A stretch of 64,000 nt of DNA. Origin: a virus. The first letter of the stretch is position 1; each line of letters begins with the position of its first letter. Both the position numbers and the translations under genes were made by a program. Of this stretch, positions 7,879-16,265 are shown one piece after another. The stretch lies in IMG/VR virus record IMGVR_UViG_3300042475_001686, positions 32,001 through 96,000 of that record; one strand, given 5' to 3'. Under the pieces are notes generated by a model. It had not been told where the DNA came from and did not search any database. It worked only from the letters and a program-made list of their open reading frames with translations.

Positions 7879-8146
7879 GTGCGGGATTTTAGGTCAGTTC
7901 TGGTTTGAATACAGAGATGACGAAAAACTCAAAGAGTTCATTTCTTATAATGACATTGGATTGCCTTTGTCATGGTTTATTGCTACGGGAGTGGTAACAC
8001 CAAACCCTATGGCAGAGGACTATGTAAATGAAACTTTCAATCTATTCTTGGCAGCATTAGAATTGTCAGAGGAAGAAATTGAGGGTTTGGATAGCCTAAA
8101 CGAAATCCTTGAAATCGTAGAAGCCAAGCAAGAGGACGAAGACTAA
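7856..8146 (+). CDS. Hypothetical acidic protein
   Basis: ORF overlapping the upstream gene end; AGGAG SD. Confidence 0.75.
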   Translation: MSVPFSDKCGILGQFWFEYRDDEKLKEFISYNDIGLPLSWFIATGVVTPNPMAEDYVNETFNLFLAALELSEEEIEGLDSLNEILEIVEAKQEDED

Positions 8147-8475
8147 AAATCTAAGTCCCCCTTGCGGGGCCGCCTAGGTAGATATCTAGAAACCATATCA
8201 AACCACAAACCATAAAACCATTTTACGAATGTATTACGAACCATTGTAAATTTTTCCCAGAAAGATTACGATCCAAACCATATTTTCCCCAAACCATATA
8301 GCATAATATTTTTGGTTTGTCAAACCTTCAAGCCATAGTGTATGATTGTTTGTATAGTACTAGGGGTATTACGATGTCTTTTATATACCCCGCCGTTTTT
8401 TAAAGACATTACGAACGCCGATTTCTTCCCCCCTCCAGAAAGTTTGGCGGGAATAAACGGGAGTATAATAATTAT

Positions 8476-8700
8476 ATGAGTCCCCGTCACTTTTCAAAGA
8501 TGTATCAAAACAAAAGTCAACACAGACATGATCAGCAATCTGACTGGGACTCTTTTACAAAAGACATGACGGTTTTGACTGGTATGTTATACTCAATTGC
8601 AAAGGCACCTCTCAAACCATTCATCCCTGCCTTCTACAAAACGGCGGGAGAAGTTAAAAAAGATTACGAACCTCTCTATAATCCCCCTATAAAGGAATAA
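8476..8700 (+). CDS. Hypothetical protein (leaderless) inside the repeat region
   Basis: TATAAT 8464-8469, ATG 6 nt downstream. Confidence 0.5.
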   Translation: MSPRHFSKMYQNKSQHRHDQQSDWDSFTKDMTVLTGMLYSIAKAPLKPFIPAFYKTAGEVKKDYEPLYNPPIKE

Positions 8701-8806
8701 CAAACCATATTTCCTGGTTTTAAAACATTTTAAAAAGTATTACGAACTTATTGGAATTTTTCCTGGATATTTGGCAATTTTCATCCAAAATAGATTACGA
8801 ACCCTA

Positions 8807-8835
8807 TTGACAAACCATGGTTTTGGATGTATAAT
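8807..8835 (+). promoter_or_regulatory. Perfect consensus promoter with no obvious downstream gene
   Basis: TTGACA-17-TATAAT. Confidence 0.75.
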
Positions 8836-9030
8836 GCCCAAACCTTATATGATGGTTTGACAATATCGGGCATATATGGTATGAGGGTTTGTGAGGTTTG
8901 AAGATATTGGGTGTGAGGGTTTGTGAGGTTTGGGATTACGAACGCCATCTATAAAAACGTTCCATTCACCACTATCCTCCACTTCACTCCACTTTAACCC
9001 TATCCAATAATATAATCAGTAAGATTTATC

Positions 9031-9083
9031 TGTGGATAACTTGTGGATAACTAATGTCAAACCGATGATAACCCTGTGGATAA
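9031..9083 (-). promoter_or_regulatory. Three perfect DnaA boxes (TTATCCACA on the - strand)
   Basis: TGTGGATAA at 9031-9039, 9042-9050 and 9075-9083. Confidence 0.75.
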
Positions 9084-9167
9084 CTCTGTCTTTTCCCATC
9101 CACAAACAGTACAAAAATAGATTATCTTGGTGTCATCTGCATGGGTACTAAATCTATGTAAATGCAT
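9057..9167 (-). CDS. Possible 36-aa leaderless His/Cys microprotein
   Basis: MHLHRF...FCTVCGWEKTELSTGLSSV; TATAAT 6 nt upstream of the ATG. Confidence 0.4.
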   Translation of the reverse strand: MHLHRFSTHADDTKIIYFCTVCGWEKTELSTGLSSV

Positions 9168-9203
9168 TGGGTAATTATAAAACCATTATTTGCGACGGTA
9201 TAT

Positions 9204-9722
9204 TTAATAAGATGTTATTTTTGAGCGGGGTATATAATTAACGTTAATAACCTGTCTCATTGGTCCCATATGTGGTGTACACCATGAATGTTTAGAACCA
9301 TCAAACAAGATAGCAGCACCACGTTTGGGTGATATTGAGTGAACTATCTCCAAACCATCATAGATCAAGGTGTCTCCGTATGCATCATTAACGTAATATA
9401 GAAAAACCAGGTGATATGCGGACATGTCTGTATGTGGGGTTGATACTATAGTCTTTGTATTAGGGGGTGTCATGTTGAATTTGACTCTACTCACTATACC
9501 CTCGCCAATTTGGTATTTGTTTAGCATTTTATTTAGGATAAACCTTGTAGCCTTATATTCTGGTGTATTTTCTTCATGGTCTGAGGTAAAGTATTTGATG
9601 TTACCTTCATCATCGACCTTATCTAAAATATTACAATATTGCCATTTATAAACAGAATTGAATATAGTATCTATATCATCTATTTCCTGGTCGCTTAGGA
9701 AATTATCATCATATATGAACAT
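9204..9722 (-). CDS. 2OG-Fe(II) oxygenase-like protein
   Basis: PHTD..LYYVND..GDT..LFDGSKH..R.VIN pattern (HxD...H...R). Confidence 0.75.
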   Translation of the reverse strand: MFIYDDNFLSDQEIDDIDTIFNSVYKWQYCNILDKVDDEGNIKYFTSDHEENTPEYKATRFILNKMLNKYQIGEGIVSRVKFNMTPPNTKTIVSTPHTDMSAYHLVFLYYVNDAYGDTLIYDGLEIVHSISPKRGAAILFDGSKHSWCTPHMGPMRQVINVNYIPRSKITSY

Positions 9723-9844
9723 ACAAACCCTATCTGTAGAGTTTAATTATAACATAGGCCATATTAGAGATATTAACCCCTATTGCTCGTTTAGAGCATA
9801 AGAGGGTTTGTTATTCTATTTTCCGCCGAACTTGAAAGATGATA

Positions 9845-10642
9845 TTATTTTTTATATCTTTGTGCTTTAATATCAAGCAATATATGATCTGTTACACCTT
9901 TGTGCTCTAATATTGCCTCATTCATTAGATGATATTCTTCACCCAACGCCGAAGAATAACCAAATTCAGAATGTATGACCATAAAAATATAATATTTTTC
10001 ACCATCAGTAACTTCTTCAGCAACATGCACTGTTGTACAAGGAAATATTAACGCACTTCCAGCAGATGGTTTTATTTTAATATCTAAATCTGGGAACAGT
10101 ATCTCTCCCCCAGAATAGTTATCATTGAGATAAAATAAAACTGACCAATCCATTGTATTTAATGGATTGTCTACATTTTTGTCAACATGTGGACCTATTT
10201 TACCTCCTACTTTATACTTTCTGAGAAAATAGTTTTTAGATATATACTCTAAATCTTTATTGCCAGTTTTTTCAGACCAAATTTTTATAATTTCTTTGTA
10301 CGGCTTATCTATAAGATCAATAGTTTTTTCTACAGTTTTGTGTGCATAATCTTCAAACACATATTCTGGTCTTGGCCAAAATAAATTATAGTTACTGGCA
10401 GATCTATCCCAATCAAATAATTTTTGTTTGCCTTTTGAATATGTATCTATCTGCATTTTCCAGTCATTTTCTGAGCCACTGCCTTTTACTGGACGACTAT
10501 CTCTCCAGTCTTCCCACGGCGGTATGACTGAGTGTGTTAATTCGTCAAGATCATATTTCTCTATTTGCTGTATAAAGTATTCTGATTCAGGAAGGGCATC
10601 TTCTATATAAAGTATGCCCATGGGAAGTTCTGTAATTTTCAT
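9845..10642 (-). CDS. Prolyl-4-hydroxylase-like 2OG-Fe(II) oxygenase
   Basis: KY..G..IGPHVD, YLNDNYSGGEILF, KPSAGSALIFP, HVAEEVTDGEKY. Confidence 0.85.
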   Translation of the reverse strand: MKITELPMGILYIEDALPESEYFIQQIEKYDLDELTHSVIPPWEDWRDSRPVKGSGSENDWKMQIDTYSKGKQKLFDWDRSASNYNLFWPRPEYVFEDYAHKTVEKTIDLIDKPYKEIIKIWSEKTGNKDLEYISKNYFLRKYKVGGKIGPHVDKNVDNPLNTMDWSVLFYLNDNYSGGEILFPDLDIKIKPSAGSALIFPCTTVHVAEEVTDGEKYYIFMVIHSEFGYSSALGEEYHLMNEAILEHKGVTDHILLDIKAQRYKK

Positions 10643-10696
10643 TTACATATTATAGCACTAAAAATAATATATTTTATACTATGATATAATCTTTGT

Positions 10697-11485
10697 ATGC
10701 CTAATTACGATTTATTAGAAGTTAAAGATCCACAAAAACTGCAAACCCTGAAGGATATCTGGGAGCCACGCAAAGAGTTCATCGAAAAAGATCTTTGGGT
10801 TATTCGTAACTTTTTGAGTGAAGAAGAACTTGAATGGCTAAATAAAGAAGCAATTGATCCAAACGGATGGTATCCAACTATGCGCTCCCCATATGGTGGA
10901 AATATTAGAAATAAGTTTCTTGGCTATGTTCCTGAGTATGGCGAAGATGGCATTTTAATTCCACCTCATCCAAAAAATAATCCAGTATTTGTTCCAGTAC
11001 CATTTCTTAATGATATTGAGGATAGATTAGAGTCTGTTTTGCCAAAATACTTTGCTGGTGCTGGAGCACTGCAATCATTTTTTGAAGTTTCAGAAGATGA
11101 ACCTCTTGTTTACAATCCAGATCAAAAAGTGAAAGATGTTGATTGGGCCATGGGTTGGCACTACGAGAGAGATGACGAAGATACAAAAGAAAAACAATTT
11201 ACAATAGTCGCTGAATCATCTAATAAGGCTGCAGTTATGTCAGAAACAATTATATCTGCATCATTTAATGTTTATATTAATGATAATTTTAATGGTGGTA
11301 TTTTAGAATTTAAAAACAAGGATTACTCCATCAAACCAGAACCAGGTATGCTAATTAACATTCCATTATATAAGGAGTTTGAGCATCGTGTTACTAAGGT
11401 AACTAAAGGTAATAGACATACTCTTTATGGAAGATGTTGGGAAGATATCAATAAATCTTTTTTATCTTCAAGAGAAGACTGTTAA
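10697..11485 (+). CDS. Prolyl-4-hydroxylase-like 2OG-Fe(II) oxygenase
   Basis: WHYE, YINDNFNGGILEF, KPEPG, EHRVTKVTKGNR. Confidence 0.8.
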   Translation: MPNYDLLEVKDPQKLQTLKDIWEPRKEFIEKDLWVIRNFLSEEELEWLNKEAIDPNGWYPTMRSPYGGNIRNKFLGYVPEYGEDGILIPPHPKNNPVFVPVPFLNDIEDRLESVLPKYFAGAGALQSFFEVSEDEPLVYNPDQKVKDVDWAMGWHYERDDEDTKEKQFTIVAESSNKAAVMSETIISASFNVYINDNFNGGILEFKNKDYSIKPEPGMLINIPLYKEFEHRVTKVTKGNRHTLYGRCWEDINKSFLSSREDC

Positions 11486-11504
11486 GTTTACTTGGGTTCT
11501 ATAA

Positions 11505-12044
11505 GTGATTAAAGAATTTATTGAATGTAAAAGAAGTGGAACTACCAAAGTATTTAAAGGTTTCCATAATAACGTATTAACTTGGGATGAGTTTGCTAAT
11601 ATAGTATATTCAGAATCAAAAGAAAAGTCGAAAATAAAAGAGTTAGGAGATTATGATAAGTCTCTTGGTGGAAAACTACACGGAAATATCATAGTAAAAC
11701 AAGACTTATACTTATATGTGATGCAAACCACAGCACCTCAAAAATGCATTGAAGTAATTGATAAGTTTAAAGAGTATGATGTGGTCTTGGGTTTATCAAA
11801 CTACTATGTAAATCTTTCAAATAGTATAAGCAATATTCCATCTCATAATGATCCATTAGATAATTTTTACTGGCAGTGTCAAGGTAGTGTACAATGGGTA
11901 GCCAATGGAGGTCAGACTTATATGGTTGAGCCTGGAGACTTAGTTTATATACCTGCCAAAACTAACCATGGGGTAAACTTTTTAGATAATCCAAGAGGAG
12001 CAGTAGGTTTTGCTGCAGATTTGAGTGAATATGTCCAAGCGTAA
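11505..12044 (+). CDS. JmjC/cupin-type Fe(II) oxygenase
   Basis: HND..DNFYWQCQG..W, VEPGDLVYIPAKTNH. Confidence 0.8.
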   Translation: MIKEFIECKRSGTTKVFKGFHNNVLTWDEFANIVYSESKEKSKIKELGDYDKSLGGKLHGNIIVKQDLYLYVMQTTAPQKCIEVIDKFKEYDVVLGLSNYYVNLSNSISNIPSHNDPLDNFYWQCQGSVQWVANGGQTYMVEPGDLVYIPAKTNHGVNFLDNPRGAVGFAADLSEYVQA

Positions 12045-12264
12045 ACTATTAGATGGTACAGAGGTAGATAATTACGATCACCCAATTGATCTTATTATTC
12101 ATACCAGAGCACCAGGTAAGTGGAAGTTGATTGATATGGAAACAGGAGAAGAGTATCTTGGCTCTATGATGGAACATCCCGACTACGGAGAAAAACTGAG
12201 GGCTAAGGTTATGATCTGTAAAATAGGCTCATGGGTAAAAACAAAAATGTCAGGTAAAAAATGA
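12030..12264 (+). CDS. Hypothetical protein (paralog of 13218..13382)
   Basis: HTRAPGKWKLIDMETGE motif; start uncertain (12025 or nearby ATG). Confidence 0.6.
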
Positions 12265-12952
12265 AACAATCAAATGAGTCAAAATCTCAGGCTGGTCAAA
12301 AAAGATACAGCAAAAATATCAATCGTGTAGCAGATAAGCCTAAATTATCTAAACACGAGAAGTGGGAAATGCGAGAAAGGGCCAGGATCATAGTTGAGGC
12401 CTTGACAAAAGACCAACTATAATTGCTTTATTATGCTATCCCACGAATCCCTTGTACAAACCATTTCTGATATTATTTATGATAGCCTTAAGGGTAAACA
12501 TAAAGATAAACTGGCCAAAGAATTAGCAGAACAAATTATTGAAGTTTTAGAGTTAGACGAACCAGAGACATGGACAAATTGATTCTTAATATATTATGCT
12601 ATAACTGCGGGGTTATGTATACTGCTTCTGTAAATACCCCGAATCTTATCCAAAGTTGTCCAAGATGCTATAATGAGAATATGGAAACAACAAAGTGCTT
12701 TTATTGTGATGAAGAAGCAAAGTATACTCAGCCAGGACAAAAGACTGGCAAGATTATAGACGTTTGCGAAAAGCACTTTACATTCAAGTATTGGGGGTAG
12801 TCGTGGCAATTGAAATGAAAGAATGGTCTAAAGAAACAAAGAGATCTATTTTATTAAGTGTAATTGTAATTGTTGGGGCTGTTATATTTTTTAGTTTAAT
12901 CTAATAAAATATTAAACTTTACAAACTGATACCTTTACTGTATAATTAATAT

Positions 12953-13060
12953 ATGACAAGTAAAGTTGTAATTTGCCCTATTTGCAAAAAAGAGACCGAA
13001 GTCCGTTGGGGTATATTTGCCCATGATACACTTAATAGACACCTTAAGGAGCATAAGTGA
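12953..13060 (+). CDS. 35-aa C2H2 zinc-finger-like microprotein (leaderless)
   Basis: MTSKVVICPICKKETEVRWGIFAHDTLNRHLKEHK; TTTACA-17-TATAAT, then ATG 6 nt later. Confidence 0.65.
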   Translation: MTSKVVICPICKKETEVRWGIFAHDTLNRHLKEHK

Positions 13061-13217
13061 AAAGATATAGTTTTCCAGATCCAGATAATGAAGGATACGA
13101 AATTGTTATACCAACTGAAGTAATTAAAGATATTACTATCGCATATATGAGAACTACTTTTTATTGGTCTGTAGGCTTATTTAGTTTTCTAATAGGTATT
13201 TTGATTGGAGTAAGTAT

Positions 13218-13382
13218 ATGAGGAAACAAGTTGAATTTACAGAAATGTCTGAAGAGACTGTGATTACATTAAGAACTAACTGTCCTGAAAAATATTTACT
13301 CGTTGATAGAGAGACTGGAAATGTTTTTGTTGCAAGAGAAACTGGAGAATGGGAGTTGATTCGTAATGGATCTATTCGATGA
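13218..13382 (+). CDS. Small hypothetical protein
   Basis: LRTNCPEKYLLVDRETG, similar to the ORF at 12025; GGAG SD. Confidence 0.6.
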   Translation: MRKQVEFTEMSEETVITLRTNCPEKYLLVDRETGNVFVARETGEWELIRNGSIR

Positions 13383-13707
13383 TTCTATTGTAGAGCATAA
13401 GTCTTTGCCACCATTGCGATGGATTGCAAATTTTTCTGGATCTATTGCATCCAGAGGTTTGTTGGAGATTTCTTATATGGAAGATGCAGGCTACACTGGC
13501 TGGAAATATAAACTAAATTGTTTTCTATGGGATAAATTTTGGCCGTTATATGCAAAATATGGTACAACATATAGACTAAGGATGGACTTGTCTGGCAAAG
13601 GTTGGGATGATTACGATGAAGATGGTGTCCCATATTGGGAGAAGTGGGATCTTTGGGATTATGAAGATGAAGAAACAGGCGACGGCTTTAGGATTATTAA
13701 AAAATGA
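13366..13707 (+). CDS. Hypothetical protein
   Basis: 113-aa ORF in the packed + strand operon. Confidence 0.65.
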   Translation: MDLFDDSIVEHKSLPPLRWIANFSGSIASRGLLEISYMEDAGYTGWKYKLNCFLWDKFWPLYAKYGTTYRLRMDLSGKGWDDYDEDGVPYWEKWDLWDYEDEETGDGFRIIKK

Positions 13708-13734
13708 AAACAACAATAAAGGAGAATAAATAAT

Positions 13735-13926
13735 ATGCAATGTGGATGTGGCTTTTCAACTGAATATCCTACATGTAATGGAACTCATAAAGTTATAAAG
13801 AGTGTTAAAGATAAAATTATTTCTGAAATAGAACAAATACCTCTTGAAAGCAACGGAATGCAGTTAAATGCATTAGGCATGAGAATGCTTGTAATTGATA
13901 TTATTAAAAAGGTTAAAGGTGTCTAA
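13735..13926 (+). CDS. CDGSH iron-sulfur domain protein
   Basis: CGCGFSTEYPTCNGTH matches C-x-C-x2-S-x3-P-x-C-D/N-G-S/T-H. Confidence 0.75.
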   Translation: MQCGCGFSTEYPTCNGTHKVIKSVKDKIISEIEQIPLESNGMQLNALGMRMLVIDIIKKVKGV

Positions 13927-14176
13927 CTGGGTCTGTCCCTGTAATGGCTGTAAGAAGGCACAGAAGGTCATTATAGACCAGATCGTAGAGGAGTATAGGT
14001 CTTGTCCTAACCTTGTAGAGTCTGAAGATAAACTGTTTTGTTATACATGGTGGAGACACGATGATTGCGAAAGACTAAGACAGTTATTATATAAGATTAC
14101 GAAGAATGATCGATATACCCTGCCAGAAATAAAACCATCAAATGATACAATTGATATATCAAAAGGATTGGAGTAA
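13895..14176 (+). CDS. Hypothetical Cys-rich protein
   Basis: CPCNGC motif; true start probably the GTG near 13919. Confidence 0.55.
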   Translation: MILLKRLKVSNWVCPCNGCKKAQKVIIDQIVEEYRSCPNLVESEDKLFCYTWWRHDDCERLRQLLYKITKNDRYTLPEIKPSNDTIDISKGLE

Positions 14177-14182
14177 AGTATA

Positions 14183-14842
14183 ATGTCAGCATTTCCAAAA
14201 ATAATTTGGCAAACCCATAAATGGGATTACGAAGATCTTCCAGATATCTACAAAAATACAAGCAAAACCTGGCAAGTTATGAATCCTGATTGGGAATATA
14301 GATATGTTCCTAATAGTCAGATGAGATCATATATTGAAAAACTTAATAACAAACAAATATTAAACTTTTTTGATAGAAATAACTCTCCATTAAATCAAGC
14401 AGATGTGTGGAGAGAGGTAATGGTTTATGAACATGGTGGAATATGGGCAGATATGGATTCTGTATGCTTGTTTCCAATTGATAAGGTTATTGAAAAGAAT
14501 CCAGATAAAGAAATGATTTGTATGTCTCCCGTCGTAAAATTTAGAATGGATGAAGACAATAACTATCAACCAATAGGGGTTGAGGATGGCATACAAAGAC
14601 TTATATCTGGAAAGGAATATGGTTATTGGATATCTAATGCAGCCTTTCTTGGTAAAAAACATAATAAAGTTTCAACTGAAATATTTAAAGCAATGACTGA
14701 GTTTTGGGGATTTAGAGAGTCTTCGTTTATGGGTATGAGAGCAGAACTATATGATAAATATCATGATGATATGTCATTAGATTTAATATGTGCCTTTCAT
14801 GATGGCATGTTTAATGATAGAAATTATCAATCTAAACAATAA
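14183..14842 (+). CDS. Glycosyltransferase, GT32/Och1-like (DxD)
   Basis: PKIIWQT, NPDWEY, ADVWR..VYEHGGIWADMD. Confidence 0.85.
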   Translation: MSAFPKIIWQTHKWDYEDLPDIYKNTSKTWQVMNPDWEYRYVPNSQMRSYIEKLNNKQILNFFDRNNSPLNQADVWREVMVYEHGGIWADMDSVCLFPIDKVIEKNPDKEMICMSPVVKFRMDEDNNYQPIGVEDGIQRLISGKEYGYWISNAAFLGKKHNKVSTEIFKAMTEFWGFRESSFMGMRAELYDKYHDDMSLDLICAFHDGMFNDRNYQSKQ

Positions 14843-14853
14843 TACGGCGGTAC

Positions 14854-14883
14854 TTGACAATCTGCCTTGCCTTGTTCTATAAT
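14854..14883 (+). promoter_or_regulatory. SigA-type promoter
   Basis: TTGACA-18-TATAAT. Confidence 0.7.
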
Positions 14884-14922
14884 TAGTATGTAAGCAAACA
14901 ACTCAAACAGAAAGACTTTACA

Positions 14923-15735
14923 ATGAAAAAACTTATCGCTATTATTTTTGCAATCGTTTTTACTGCAACCCCTATATCTCATGCAGATATTATTCCAGAA
15001 AAACCAATTTTTGACCCTTCGGAACATTGTGTCGTCGACCCCTTAACAGAAACTGTAATTAGCGTTGATAAAAAGTTTGATAATGGAAGTCTTTTAAAAA
15101 AATACGGAATAAAGATTTTATATCCTGGAGTTCAAAAAATACTCACAACAGATATTTTAAAATATCAGCAAGCATTACAAGAATATTCTACTTGGAGTTC
15201 AAACTTTGTAATTCAGTTTAAAATTTTGCTGCCAGAAAATATTTATGAAAATAATCAATGTGGTATGGAAAAATATAGATATGAACAGTCTATTGTAGAG
15301 TACAACACACCAGACGGAACCTGTACTAATTTTTGGTTATATCCAAATAAAACAAAATATAAGTATGAGGTAGTTGGTGAGTCTCACAGACTTATCACAA
15401 CAAGAAAATTGCTAGAGTCTAACTCTAAATTAAATGCTATAGGAGAAAGAGAGTTTTATCCAAATGCTATACTAAAACTTGAGCCTAATAATAAGTTTGA
15501 TAGATATGCTGTCATGGTTTTAATTAACAATAAGCATGTAGGATATGTTCCAGCAGACTTTGCTAAATATATGACACAATATATAAAGTCTACTAAAAAA
15601 AGTCAAATTACTGTCCCAGCCTGTATGGGTTCTGCGGGTGGTTGGCCTCAAGTAAATCTTAATATGGATCCATTTTTAAAATCTATTAAAAAAACAATTA
15701 TTGCATGGAGAGATGGTACAAGAACAGATAGATAA
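14923..15735 (+). CDS. Signal-peptide protein with a C-terminal HIRAN domain
   Basis: MKKLIAIIFAIVFTATPISHA; VVGESH...LKLEPNNKFDRYAVMV..HVGYVP. Confidence 0.7.
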   Translation: MKKLIAIIFAIVFTATPISHADIIPEKPIFDPSEHCVVDPLTETVISVDKKFDNGSLLKKYGIKILYPGVQKILTTDILKYQQALQEYSTWSSNFVIQFKILLPENIYENNQCGMEKYRYEQSIVEYNTPDGTCTNFWLYPNKTKYKYEVVGESHRLITTRKLLESNSKLNAIGEREFYPNAILKLEPNNKFDRYAVMVLINNKHVGYVPADFAKYMTQYIKSTKKSQITVPACMGSAGGWPQVNLNMDPFLKSIKKTIIAWRDGTRTDR

Positions 15736-15744
15736 TAGGTTTAA

Positions 15745-15818
15745 GGAGCAGTAGCCAAGTTGGTCAAGGCCCCGAACTCATAATTCGGTTATCGTAGGTT
15801 CAAGTCCTACCTGCTCTA
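15745..15818 (+). tRNA. tRNA-Met/Ile2 (CAT)
   Basis: Cloverleaf: GGAGCAG/CTGCTCT acceptor, CTCATAA loop, TTCAAGT T loop; no CCA. Confidence 0.9.
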
Positions 15819-15822
15819 CTTT

Positions 15823-15895
15823 GCCCTTGTAGCCCAGTGGTAGAGGCACACGACTTAAAATCGTGCAAGCGTTGGTTCGAATCCAACCAGGGGCA
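15823..15895 (+). tRNA. tRNA-Leu (TAA), short variable arm
   Basis: GCCCTTG/CAGGGGC acceptor, CTTAAAA loop, TTCGAAT. Confidence 0.9.
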
Positions 15896-15899
15896 CTAA

Positions 15900-15972
15900 A
15901 CCTCTGTAACTCAGTGGATAGAGTAGCGGACTTCTAATCCGTTTGTCGTTGGTTCAAATCCAATCAGAGGTG
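15900..15972 (+). tRNA. tRNA-Arg (TCT)
   Basis: ACCTCTG/CAGAGGT acceptor, CTTCTAA loop. Confidence 0.9.
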
Positions 15973-15987
15973 CTACAATAGTAATAT

Positions 15988-16060
15988 TGATCTGTAGTTC
16001 AGTTGGTAGAACACTCGACTGTTAATCGAGATGTCGCAGGATCGAGACCTGCCAGATCAG
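15988..16060 (+). tRNA. tRNA-Asn (GTT), variant T loop
   Basis: TGATCTG/CAGATCA acceptor, CTGTTAA loop, T loop ATCGAGA. Confidence 0.85.
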
Positions 16061-16061
16061 C

Positions 16062-16111
16062 GATACAGACACGGTAGGAATGGGAATAGGAAGACCTATC
16101 GTGTCTGTATC
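16062..16111 (+). other. 17-bp hairpin with a purine-rich loop inside the tRNA cluster
   Basis: GATACAGACACGGTAGG / CCTATCGTGTCTGTATC, one G.U pair. Confidence 0.7.
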
Positions 16112-16115
16112 ATAT

Positions 16116-16189
16116 GGTCCGTTAGTTCAGTTGGTTAGAACGCTACCCTGTCACGGTAGAGGTCGTCGGTTCAAGTCCGATACGGATCG
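16116..16189 (+). tRNA. tRNA-Asp (GTC)
   Basis: GGTCCGT/ACGGATC acceptor, CTGTCAC loop. Confidence 0.9.
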
Positions 16190-16193
16190 CATT

Positions 16194-16265
16194 GGCTCCA
16201 TCGTCTATCGGTTAGGACATCAGATTTTCAATCTGGGAAGACGGGTTCGATTCCCGTTGGGGCTA
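16194..16265 (+). tRNA. tRNA-Glu (TTC)
   Basis: GGCTCCA/TGGGGCT acceptor, TTTTCAA loop, TTCGATT. Confidence 0.9.

Larger units (their letters stand above)
8190..8994. repeat. Repeat-rich, largely non-coding region (ATTACGA and AAACC/GGTTT repeats)
   Basis: ATTACGA at 8233, 8265, 8368, 8408, 8663, 8739, 8794, 8935; many AAACCA; 19-nt direct repeat TGAGGGTTTGTGAGGTTTG at 8882 and 8914. Confidence 0.85.

Noticed and set aside
9775-9808. TGCTC-GTTTA-GAGCA hairpin as a seventh pseudoknot copy
   Set aside because: Order of the elements is reversed and there is no covarying stem 1; fits a simple hairpin/terminator after 9845..10642
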